Source: Chrysomallon squamiferum (taxonomy: Eukaryota > Animalia > Mollusca). From it: 64,000 nucleotides of DNA. Each line of letters opens with the position of its first letter. Position 1 is the first letter of the stretch. Shown in pieces: positions 39,426 through 52,210 of the stretch. The DNA is taken from NCBI GenBank assembly GCA_012295275.1, contig CM022677.1, positions 1,054,001 through 1,118,000 of the forward strand, given 5' to 3'. The translations under genes and the position numbers were made by a program. The notes under the pieces were generated by a model. The model searched no databases. It had not been told where the DNA came from and saw nothing but the letters and a program-made list of their open reading frames with translations.

Positions 39426-39461
39426 ATGTCACAGACAGAACAGAGCACTGACAACATCATG
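39426..39461 (+). CDS. ARID3: ARID3/dead ringer putative first coding exon
   Basis: MSQTEQSTDNIM|gtaagt with a consensus donor, phase 0, joining in frame to the exon at 40205. The start could be the ATG at 39426 or at 39459. Confidence 0.7.
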
Positions 39462-40204
39462 GTAAGTGACATTTTACTGAGTTGTGCCTCTTCCACAATA
39501 GTTCGTCTGCTTTTTAGAAACTAATAAGATAGCGCTTTGTTTCGCTTTTATATTTTTAATATCATGAGTATTTTGTTACGTTTTTAATCAAAAGATAAAT
39601 TTACGTTTTTAAAACTGTTTTCGTTTATTTTCTTTCTGTTTCTTTTCATATACTCAACTTTTATAATTTATTAATATTTATCTTAAATATAAAAAAAAAA
39701 AAATTGCGTTTTTTTTTTTTTTTTTTTTTTTTGAATTGTTTTGTTTGGTTGGTTGTTGTTTTTTATTGTGTATTTTATTATTTTATTTCTTTTCTTTTTT
39801 TTTTTTTTCTATTTTTGTTGTTGTTGTTGTTGTTTCATTATATTTGTTTGTGTTTATTTTTTTATCTGTACGTATTCGTGTAGCTAATATATAGATATCA
39901 TGTATATAGTTTTATATCAAACTGCTATTTATTAAAAAGCTATGACCTGTAGGTTCTTAGAATAAAGTCATATTATTGATCTTTTTCTTTCTGTTTTTAA
40001 AATTAAAGGTGTTATTTTATTTGTTTTCTACTTTTTATTATTTATCAAAATATATTTTACAAAATCTTATGTATCAAAAAAAGTAAATTAATTGAAATTA
40101 TTTATTTTTTTAAACCTTTTTATTTTATTTTATTTTATTTTATTTTATTTCAGTTTATTTTAATTCTTATTTTATTATTATTACTTTTGTCTTTTTGTTT
40201 TTAG

Positions 40205-40807
40205 GCCACTGAAACTCTCCGACAGAATTCAGAAAATATTCGCTCAATGACAGAAAACATACGACATGAATCGGACATAGAATCGGATAATTTTAGCGAA
40301 AACGGAGAGGTTTGTGATCTAAGTGCAGAAAAATTAGACCCAGCTGACAGAGAACTTTACGAGAAATTAAAACAGCAGGAACGAGAGGAGAGAGAGGAAA
40401 TTGAAAAAGAACTTAAAGCCCACGAAGATGCTTTGGCTCGCCATCAGGAGGAACTTAGGGCCAGGGAAAAAGAACTTAGAATTGCACAAGAAATCATGGT
40501 TCAAAGAGAGAGAGAAATGTTGACAAAACACACGGAGGAATACAGAGCTCAGATAGCGCATGCACATGCACAGGCATTGTCACTTTCTCAAGTGGGCCGA
40601 ACCCCATCCCCCAAAAACCTAAAGATAGACACTCATGCGGGGAGACCCGAACTTCAGAGCCACAGTCCTTTCTCATCCCAGCCCTCCCCTGACAGATTCC
40701 CCCGTGTGCCGTCACAGTCTCTGTCATCAGGGGGGTCCCACTCTCCCCCAGACCAAGGCAATGACGGGCGAGCTCATCACTGGACTTTTGAAGAACAGTT
40801 TAAACAG
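40205..40807 (+). CDS. ARID3: ARID3/dead ringer (dri/retained) exon 2
   Basis: Long T-rich acceptor ttag|, 603 nt open. E/R/K-rich helical stretch, S/P-rich linker, then HWTFEEQFKQ|gttagt, the start of the extended ARID (eARID) of ARID3. Confidence 0.93.
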
Positions 40808-41936
40808 GTTAGTGATCAATATCAGCTTTTTTACATCTTACAGACACGATTTGTAATTAATTCACTTTTTTTTTTTTAAATTTCTAAAGATTAAATGTTC
40901 AAAGTTATATTAGTTTAAATACTAAAACTGACACAATCATATTTTAAATAAGAGTAAGCGTTTATAATATTATGTACGTTTTAAAATCAACTTAACCACA
41001 GACAATAATTTTACTAACTTATAAATAGCATCACATTACAATATAGAGTATGTTTAATTTGACACATTTTAATAATAATAATAACGACAATAGCAACAAC
41101 AGCAATAACTATAATAATAATAATAATAATCGTAGTAATAATAATAATAATAGAAATAATAATAATATAAACAATAATAATAATAATAATATATCAGTAA
41201 ATCAATAAATAATAATATATCAGTAAATCAATAAATAATAAGAATAACAGCAACAATAATATATTAATAATAAAAGAACGGTTATACAATACCAGATTGT
41301 ACTAAAAATAATTTTTAATAAACTACAAATATTTGTTTCGTTGTTTCTAACAAATATAATTTTAATTCGTACAAACAATTCTTGTTATTTAAAAGAAATA
41401 ATAATACAATAATAATATTTATTATTATTAATAATATTATTATTATAACAACAACAACAACAATAATAAAATGTGTTTCTTAAAGCTATATTATTATTAT
41501 TGTTATTATTATTATTATTATTATTAATATTTCCTCCATGTTGATTATAGCTGCTATTTATTATTATTATTATTATTATTGTTATTATTGTTATTAAATT
41601 AAGTAGGAAGTAACAAAAATGTCGATGTACTTAACTCGACTTAGTATTCACTAAGCGAATAAATTTAGAAATTTATATATCCATAGCAAAATAATATCTT
41701 ACAAATATTTTCTTCTTCTTTTTGATTTTATTATTATTATTGTTATTAATATTATTGTTATTGTTAGTGTTGTTGTTGTTGGTTGTTGTTGTTATCTTTT
41801 TAATGATAATAATAATAAAGAAAAAGTAACTGAGAACTAGCAATAACAATTTATTTTTAACTTATTTAGATTCAGAAATGGGATAAAGCAGCAAAAAAAA
41901 AAAAGCTCAGTCTGTTTAAATTCCATTTATATTTTT

Positions 41937-41974
<38 letters not shown>

Positions 41975-42554
41975 TGGATTGTTTTTAAATTATACATTAA
42001 AACGGTTGTTACAAAATTACAAAAGTAAATTAGTCTGGAATTTCTGTTAATATTTTTCACTGGAACATTTATAATTTATAATTTGTAATTTTACAAGAAA
42101 CGATGATATTTTTAACGCGCTTTCGCCGTTGAACGCCTGGTGATCTTGCATGCTCGGGGAGGTGTTGATTACTTCTTCAAATAAGTACGGACCCCTGGGC
42201 TACACGTGCAGGCTGACCTCAGCACACTAGTAACAGTGCGACACGCGCAGAAACAATTTTTACATCACGAAAAAAGTAAAAATAATATGAATGTTTTAGA
42301 AAACGAATGATCCAAAGTTCAATATCTGTGACAATAACTATTTTTGTTAATGCAAAATAAAATAAAAATATGTTAAAAATAAAAATATAATAATTAAAAA
42401 AACCCTAAAAATTAATTAAATAAAGTATAATAAAGTATTTAATTAATTGCAATAAAATATAAAAAGAATTAACGAAAAACTGTTTTAATATCAAAAATAG
42501 AACCAGTAAATAACAATTTGTAAGGTAAATATTCTGAAATGAAATTTTATATAT

Positions 42555-42790
42555 GTGTGTGTGAAAATAATTATGTATGTGTGTATGTATGTATGTATAC
42601 ATCTATCTATCTATCTATCTATCTATCTGTCTGTCTATCGTGTCTGTCTATATATGTCTACCTATCTACCTATCTATGTCTATGTATATGTCTGTATCTA
42701 TATCTGTATCTATATCTGTATCTATATCTGTATCTATATCTGTATCTATATCTATATAAATATATACATATATACCTATGTATGTGTGTA
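42555..42790. repeat. (ATCT)n/(TATCTA/TATCTG)n compound microsatellite
   Basis: Direct inspection. Confidence 0.85.
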
Positions 42791-44022
42791 AGACTAAATT
42801 AAAATTTCTCAGAAGTATGACAAAGCTTTAGTTTATCATTTCTTTTCACCAAGTGCAAATTCATTGTAACCCCATCTCCATAAACCTGCTGAGATGATAA
42901 ATAAGGGTGTTTTTCTTTTCTTTTCTTTTCTTTTTCTTTTTCCAAACTTTATATATAAACTACTTAATTTTTTTTTTTTTTTAAAAGCTGCATTACGAAT
43001 ATATAAATCGTGTGGATTGAAACATTAACAAAACAAATTAAAAAATAAATAAATAAAAAAGAAAGAGAAAAGAAAGCTTAAGAAAAATTCACTTCGAAAA
43101 ACATACATGAATAGATTATTCACACGTCTTTCTTGACACAAATTTCATGATGTTCTTCAGTATCAATTATTTTAGTTTATTATAAATTACATATTTACCA
43201 GCTGAACGACATTTTAGCAAATATGGGTTTGTTTATATAAAGTTAAGTTAAACTGAAAACCACGGAACAAAAGGTAAAACATCAGTTTAACTGATGCTTT
43301 TGTATTCTAATTTAAAACTTCTTCATTTATTTAAGTTATTGTCTGTGACGTCAGCGTCATTGTGCTGTTTAATTAAAGGTTCTGTCTATGATTTGATGTG
43401 ACAGGTTTTCTGTGTTCTTACCAGAGATGAGTTATAAAATTTCACAAACGTATTGCACTAGATGTGTGTTTGTACTACAATTAAAAATTGATTCATTGTT
43501 TTAACTTTATTACCTGGGGAAGTTTAACGAGTTCTTTGTTACGTGGTGCGTAAAACAAAACACTTCAAGTGTATATTAGCTTTGTTTCCACCATTTTGTC
43601 CTTCTGCAACAAAAATGTTAGATTCAGCTGAAACTTTAATGAATTTCTTTATATGACAAACTACAAAATGGCTTAATATTTATTGAGCAGAATATAAGAT
43701 GCGTTGAATGCTGCCTCCACAAAGACAAGACGAGAATTTAAAAAGCTTCTTGTCATTGGGCTAGTTAAAAATGTATGTGTAATTGCAACATGTTTTCTCT
43801 GGATTTATATCAATGCTCATTTTGTCCCATTATGAAGGATCACGTGAGGCGAGGGATGAAACGTCTGCATTCAGACTGATTTGCTGAAGATATTAATGTT
43901 TTACAAAAACTGCTCAACGGTGGAGAAACATTTCTTAGCGTTATCACTGCCGCGCCGTAAATTAATAATGTATCATTAATTGTCACATTCTTTATCTATC
44001 TTTTCATTTTAATGTATTTTAT

Positions 44023-44052
44023 TCTCTTCTTCTTCTTCTTCTTCTTCTTCTT

Positions 44053-44083
<31 letters not shown>

Positions 44084-44160
44084 TTCTTCTTCTTCTTCTT
44101 CTTCTTCTTCTTATTATTATTATTGTTATCATCATTATCATCATTATCATCATCATCATC
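44023..44160. repeat. (CTT)n then (ATT/ATC)n microsatellite
   Basis: Direct inspection; explains the poly-R ORF. Confidence 0.9.
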
Positions 44161-44858
44161 AATGGATATATTTCAGGTTCATTCTTTATAAAAAATTTCA
44201 TTAAATTTTTTTTTTTAATTTTAGGTTTCTATTTTGTAAACTAGTACAAATTAGAAAAATGTTTTTTCGTTTGTTTTTTTTTTTGTGTTTTTTTTCCCCC
44301 TATTTTAAATACATTTTCATTTTTACTTTCGATGTATTGTCATTTATAGAAAAAAAATTCTTTCTTAGAAATTCTTTTCTTTCCCTCTTTAATTTTCTAC
44401 GATCAAAAAAAAATAAAAATTCCTGAATTCCCTTATCATTGAAATTAAATAAATATTTATTTTCTTCGAATTCTATTGCGCGCTCATCTTTTTGTGTATT
44501 CTGTAACATGGAAATAAAAAGTCCCATTTCCATCCCTCGACTCCGCCCACCTGTCAATCAAGCCGACAGCGACGAGCACAAGAAAACGCATTTCTCAGTG
44601 ATCCATCCACAGAGCCGGCACTACCTGCAACCATTTCACAAGCAGGCCTTGAATAAAATCACTAACAAATCAGAAACATTTATCAATCGATTCACAATGT
44701 ATTGGACAGCACTGAAATGTATTAGAAAGTACTGATGAAGTGGGAGGAGTCAAGGATACAGAAAAAGATTGCTGTGTAATTTTGCAACTGTTGATCGTCA
44801 GGGCAATAGTCATCGTAAAATCATATTTCATTTTGAAATTAATAAAAATACGTAACTG

Positions 44859-44977
<119 letters not shown>

Positions 44978-46454
44978 TTCTGTTAGATTTATTCTTTCTA
45001 AAAAATTATTTTTCTTTGTAAATGACAAATTCATAACAATCGTGTGTGTTTGTGTATATGATGTGTGTGTGGGTAAGTGGGTGTGTGTTTGTGTTTATGT
45101 GTGTATGTATGTATATATCTGTGTCTGTGTGTGTGTTGTTGTACGTATGAAAAATATGAACAAACCAGTTCAGTGGGGAAATTAACAGGCCTTCTGTTCT
45201 TATTAACATATAAGCATATGTACAGTAGAATAGTAGATGAGAATACGGGATACTTTTAATTGGTGCACAAAAGAAAGACGTGTTTGTTTATTTAGCTGTT
45301 ATGAGAGGGTGATGACACAGATAGCACGATTCCTTGGTTTTATTTTCTTTTCTTTGATTCAGTCAATGTGTTAACGAAAAAAAAAAAGATTCAAGGTGTT
45401 TAATTACAGAAAATGAAGCGAAAGTGTGAACTTTGTCGTACACTTTCAATTACAATTTGTCTTAATAAAGAAAGTTAGCTGACACTCAGAGTCTACTGAA
45501 TTTCTGTATCAACATGTTAGTTAGGGGTCTGGCCGCTTTTCCCCTTTGATCGAATTAGTTAACCCTATCGGCGCTAACACTGATACTTTATCATATTCTG
45601 TTCTTGTAAGTAGTCATTGTTATCCTTATTAGCAGTTGCACGAAAATCACAATCAGATACGAAGTGTTAATGGCTACAGAAACAGAGGGAGTATGCAATA
45701 GCTTTGATCTCAACTGGTTCTTAAAAGTGTTAAATATATATTTTGATAAAGCATACTGCCTTATTGTTGTGATATTTTAAAAACGAGTTTTGTTATTTTA
45801 TACGGAATGTACTTGATATGCTTGGTAATGTTGATTCTTTCGCAGCTGTAATTTATTTACTTTATCAGTTATTAGTTCACGATTATATAACAACAGCAAT
45901 ATTATATAATGATGATAATAATAATAATAATATCAATTATAGTAATAGTAAAAATAATAAAAATAACTATAATGAAGACGACGGTGATAATAATAATAAT
46001 AATAATAATAATAAAATATAATAATAATAATAATAAATATAATAATAATAACAACAACAATAATAATAACAATATTTTTTTATTTTAATTGCGATAAACA
46101 CAAAACAATATTAATTCATATATTTATTTATTCAAAATATTCGGCGGCTAAATAATGATTAATGATTAATTTAAATCTCACTTTCTTCTTTTTACGAAAG
46201 TAAACGTAGATAATTTTGAAGAATAAATAATTAAATACGTAAACAATTACTTATAATGTTTTAATACGAAACAAATCACAGAAAGAAATTTAAAATAAAA
46301 AAGAAAATTAAAGAAAGAGAATTAAATTTCAGTATAAAGGAAAATGAAACAAAGAATGTAAATATTCCCACCATTCATTTCTTTAGCGTTTTCACCTTCA
46401 CTGGAAAATATGATAAACATAGTTTCTGTTAAAATTTCCTTTCTTTTATTTTTG

Positions 46455-46497
46455 TATCTATCTATTTATCTATTTATTTATTTATTTATTTTTGTAT

Positions 46498-46548
<51 letters not shown>

Positions 46549-46565
46549 TTTGTTTATTTATTTGT

Positions 46566-46600
<35 letters not shown>

Positions 46601-46977
46601 TTTTTGTATTTATTAATTTGTTTATTTATTTGTTTGTTTATTTATTTATTTATTTATTTATTTATTTTTGTATTTATTAATTTGTTTATTTATTTGTTTG
46701 TTTATTTATTATTTAATTATTTATTTTATTTATTTATATACTATAAAAATACTACTACTCATAACACTAAATCTGTTATTACTTCTCCAACTGCCACTAC
46801 TTCTACTACTACTACTACTACTTCTATCTACAGCAATATAATAATAATTCTTCTGCTGCTAATAACAACAACAACAACAACAATAATAATAACAACAACA
46901 ACAACAACAACAATAATAATAATAAAAACAATAATAATAATAATGGCAACACTAATAATAACAACAACAATAATGTA

Positions 46978-47017
<40 letters not shown>

Positions 47018-47040
47018 GTTACAATTATTATCGTTATTGC
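46455..47040. repeat. (TATT)n followed by (ACT)/(AAC)/(ATT)n microsatellites
   Basis: Direct inspection; explains the FIYL ORFs. Confidence 0.88.
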
Positions 47041-47376
47041 TTACTTTTTATTTTATTACATATTATTAACCGATGATTATAATAATTTCTCAAATAGTGA
47101 GAAGGATAAAGGATATGAAATAAAAAGTTAATTAATTGAGATTATATATATATATATACCACTAACAGAGTTAATTCCATTTATTATTAATGAAATTAAT
47201 TATTGAAAGAAAAATATATGAAGTGTTTCAAAATAATGTTTCTGTCATGTATATATTTTAACTTAAATTATTTGAAAGGGTCAGACAAAAAATAACAGTT
47301 TTTATTTTTCACTCTTTTTATTTATTTGTATTATTTATTTATTTTAACAATATTGACAGCAACAATAATAACACTA

Positions 47377-47410
<34 letters not shown>

Positions 47411-50400
47411 TGATGATGATATATTTATGTATGTATGTCTATATGAATGTAAGTATGGACGTATGTTTGTGTAGATGTATGTATGTTTTTCTGAATATGT
47501 TAAGTAAAAGCCAGTGCATTATCGATTAGTAATTTATTGCAACGATTATGAAAGTGCCACGTTTTCCATTCAGCCTTACCACAGACCTCTGTAAGAAAAA
47601 TCAGCGCAGGCTAAGTAGGTTACGAAATTAACAGTAGCTGAAAATTGTCTTGATGAATTAGGCAAGGAGATCGTTCCAGTAACAGACGAAACTAAATACC
47701 AAATAATGGCATGTGATACAGATAGAACCAATTTGAATTTGTTGTGTTCTTCGCCTTACTGTTATAACTATTCTGTCTCTGCTACTACACATTCTCTTAC
47801 TATTACTACTACAACCACTACTACTACTGTTACTACTACTACTTCTACTACAATACAATACAGTACAATACATAATTAAATATATTGAACGAATATTGAT
47901 AAAACAAAAATATTTCATACTATAATCAGACACTGTTAAAACAAATATTTGAGCGATGATACGATGATACGATGATACGAAATTCATTTTCTCTTTTATA
48001 AAAAATCATAGCACATACCTATTACTGCTACTATCAGACAAACTTTCATTCACATTACTGATTGTTTAACTTTGAAATACACTTGCTATCATAACGTCAT
48101 TTAATTGTTATACTGTTCATCGTTGTAACAGGATGAATAGGATGAAAGGGGGGGCGCCCACTGACAGAATAAGACGATATACATACATCTGGAAAAATAG
48201 CATTTTCAATTATATATTCTTAATTTCTGCACTACTGTGGTGAAATTTAGAGCGTGTTTCTAACTTAATTACAAATTTTTATCCAAAGAAATCTATTTTT
48301 ACACGACATAATAGTTAAAAATAGGATCAGTGTTAGGAGAATCGCCAAGTAGTTATTTGTTCTTCATCGCGTAATGGACTTGTGCGCAAGTCTGGTTTTA
48401 GTGTTTTTGACACTAAATAGTGGATTCAATTCCATATTTGTTCAACTGTTACAATCGCAGTTTCGCAGTTTCTCTCACATCCGTTTTCAAAATATATTTC
48501 GCAAACCAAATTAAACTGTCACCATTTGCATCTTCATTACATCACTAACTGCAGTAAGACTCCTAGAGAAGTAACTCATTTGAGCGAGCAATCGGAAGCT
48601 ATAAGCGAGCAATCTTATGGCAATCAGCGTGGGGTCCGCCTTATTATGTTAACCAAGGGGCTGAACAAATGTCCCACCAAGGGAAAGGTCATCACTGAAG
48701 CATGCCTTGCCACGTGTGGTTGAACATAAATTTGACCTTCCTCAACAGATGTGCAGTAAAAGTTTCCTTGTAGCGCATTGTAAACTAATAGGTAACGAGC
48801 GACATGGTGATGCACGTGTTAAGATGATTATGAAAGTTTGTATTAATATATAAATCCTCAAACATCGTTTGTTTGTTTATTTATAGAGGTTATATAATTA
48901 AGGAAAACTATTTTCAATGCTTCTGCTCCTGGTTGGCAAGTTATTACATAATGCCTTACAAAATTAATAAGTAAAATAAATAGTGAAATGTTTCTTTCTG
49001 TCTGAATTTTCTTATTCCTTTTTCTTCTTGTTCTTTTTTTTGGTTATAAAAAAAAAAAGGCTTTTAATTTTAATTTAATTTAATTTCTTTCCTTTGTTCG
49101 TATCTCTTAATGGAAAAAAAAAAAAAAGTATATATATATATATATTCTTTGTTTAGCGTGAATATGTGCGTTTGCAGGATTATAGATTACAAAAATAAAT
49201 GGAAACAAGTTGTTAAGAAGTATTATTATCAGGACTGTTTTCAGTTTCATACAGTTTATTAACAACAGTAAGTTTAATTTTATCATTTTAATCACTGCTT
49301 TAATTGGAATACCTAAAAAGTAATTAAAAGTTTTGGCTGTGATGGCCCCTCCACTCCCGCCCACCCCCGACCCCGGAATGGAATCCTGGAACTGATGGAT
49401 TAGACTGTTCGTCAGACATGAAAAGTAACGGCCCCGGCTGCTATCATTCATCAATCAAGACATGTTGCTTTAATCGTCTGCATTAGAACCAGATGCAACA
49501 ATTATGGCGACATTTAATGTGATTTCCTGCTTAATTTACCAATCGAATTAGAGACCCGGGCCGGATTGCCAGTGGTTCGCGGAATAGTTTCGTTCCGTGT
49601 TTCGCATTGTTGGAAGTTTTGATATCTGGAAGGCTTGCACGATTTCACGGCTCATTTTACATCATAAGCGATTAAACATCTGCACTAAGCCTTGAGCGAC
49701 TTTTATATGGCGTGGTTATCACAAAAATAATACAGAATTTCATATTTTTATCTCTCGTTTGGCTTCTCAATTCCCAAGTGAAATTGCATACGGTCAAATT
49801 GCATTCCTGTCCATACACTGCGATCGCATTGCAATCTTTTATTGGATCTGTGAGTGTATGTCTATTTGACTGCAGCATTTGCTTTGCTGACTCTTTTTTC
49901 TTTTGTAAAGATCTTTATTGCCTTTAATTAAGACAGAATCCAGTTTGTCATGACTTTTTCTTTACCTGAAAATGTGAGAAATAAACAAAGACTAAGGAGA
50001 GTCAATAAGCTGCCATCTTATTCAAATCGTCCTGTGATTTGTGTCCCGTGTTCCGGCCGTCTGTCAGACTGGCACGGCGGGTCACCGCAAGCAGTGGGCT
50101 GTTTACCTTTACAACGAGAACGTGTCATTTCTGGCACGAACCACGAGCAACAAGTCAGCTCCGAGCAGCGCGCGACCATTCCACGTTTTCCCGCCAGCTC
50201 TTCTCAGAGTAGGAAACGTCACAACTTGCAGGGTCAGGGGTCACCCGCATCTTGATCTGAGAACCGATTCGACCAGGCAGTTCCTTTCTCGAACTTGCGC
50301 TTTCCATTGACATTAACTTGTTATGCCGGCTCGTGAATCTCCACCAATTTAATTATTCATCTTCAACGTACCAACTACAACTGAAGGTTTTAGTCCCGAT

Positions 50401-51623
50401 TCCTTAAATTTCTTCTTAGTGCGTCACCTTTCTCAACTATTGTTCACCCTTTGATCTTATTCCACTAAATTACTTTTAAATTGCTGGAATTTTGCCGAGA
50501 CGATTTTCTTTTAAGGGTTTAAATAGTCGACATTTTGATTATTACTAAGTTACTGATGTTTTTGACGTGAGAAAAGTAATACTTGACATGAAATGATGAT
50601 ACATGCATATGACATAAATCAACTCAACTAGGGTTACAAGTACGACACAACTGCTGTAACTCATTACTTGTACTGCAACTACAACAACAGGAATCGACTC
50701 TACATTACCATTATTACAACTACACTAGCCTACTACTACTTCTTTTGTGTAATAAACATAATATAAGTAAAACAATTTGTACAGATTAACACACCAAGCT
50801 GCTGTGAAATGGTAGCTGTAAATAATTTTGTTTAAAAACAAAACATGATATCAACGTATTACAGTATTTGTTAGTAGTCTTGTGAATTTTTGTTTCACAA
50901 AGAGCAGGCGGTCACGGTACAGAAGCGAAACATTTTGAAAAGACCTAAATCGTTGGCTTAGAAATTTTACTTAAAACAAAAATTTAATTAAGCGGTTACT
51001 TTTAAGAAATTGGCGAGCTATTTACTCTTTTAAGTCGCAAAACGGCTAAAATACCGCCACAATCCATGACAAATGACGCAGCAAAATGTCCTCTCTTTTT
51101 CCAAGGAATGACGTATGCTGGAAATGCGTTTGTTGTCAAAGATAAGGAATTTTAAATGTCGCTTGAGTAAAAGAGAATTATTCTAAGTCATACATACAGT
51201 GATATCGGCGTCTCACTTGAAAACTTTACAACATTTCAAACATTTACTTTATGTACCCGTCACGCACTTTGATTGTAATGATTAGTTTGGGATGTTTGTA
51301 GCAACTTGGAACCTCAGTTAGCAGATTTTTCTGAGCATGTTTGCGTATTTGTATTTAAACTGAAACCGTCTTTTCTCTGTCTGTATTTATAACCCGAAAT
51401 TAAAACTGTTCAAAGGGCTGCGTTTAACACGATAGATAATTGTTGGGATCGACAGGTTTTGTCAACGCGCGCTTTTTAAAATAATGTTCAGCTCAGAGAA
51501 ATTTGATGAAAACAAATGATTAATATATCCGAACATGTGACGATGCCATTTTTACTTCTTATTTCAGTGACATGCTAATCTTTTGTTTATCTTTAAAAAG
51601 TCCTTACAAGAATTTAGGCTACC

Positions 51624-51663
<40 letters not shown>

Positions 51664-52179
51664 GTATTAGTAGTAGTATTATTAGTAGTTATTATTTATT
51701 TATTTATTTATTTTATTTTTATTTATTTATTTTATTTTATTTTATTTATTTTATTTTATTTTATTTTATTTTATTTTATTTTAATTATTATTATTTACTT
51801 TTTTTTTTCGAAAGGTTTTTATAAATAATTTAAATCTACTGTGATGTTTATTTTTTTAATATCATGTCTTAGTTTAACGAAAAAAATTATTTAACATCAC
51901 GTGACAAACTGGTGACTGACAGTACGCTACTGACAGACAGACGGAGGAGGCGGGCGTACTTCGTGCTCATCAGTATCACGAGATGAACAGTTATCACATT
52001 GATGTCTGTGTAATATTCAAACGTGATGTGCCAAAACAAAATTATTAAAATACGAATACAACAAGAGCTCTGCACTTCACAGTTCAAACTTATATAATCC
52101 ATGAACCATTATTTATTTATTTATTTATTTTATGTTATTATTTATTTATCTATTTCTCATTTTTCTTCTTCTTCTTCTT

Positions 52180-52210
<31 letters not shown>

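Noticed and set aside
42190-42215. ctgggctacacgtgc resembling a 16S rRNA motif
   Set aside because: A short chance match with no flanking rRNA similarity.
49950-50310. GC-richer overlapping ORFs of 101 and 89 aa in ARID3 intron 2
   Set aside because: No recognisable domain, and ARID3 is already continuous (EEQFKQ|LYEL) without them; more likely regulatory DNA.
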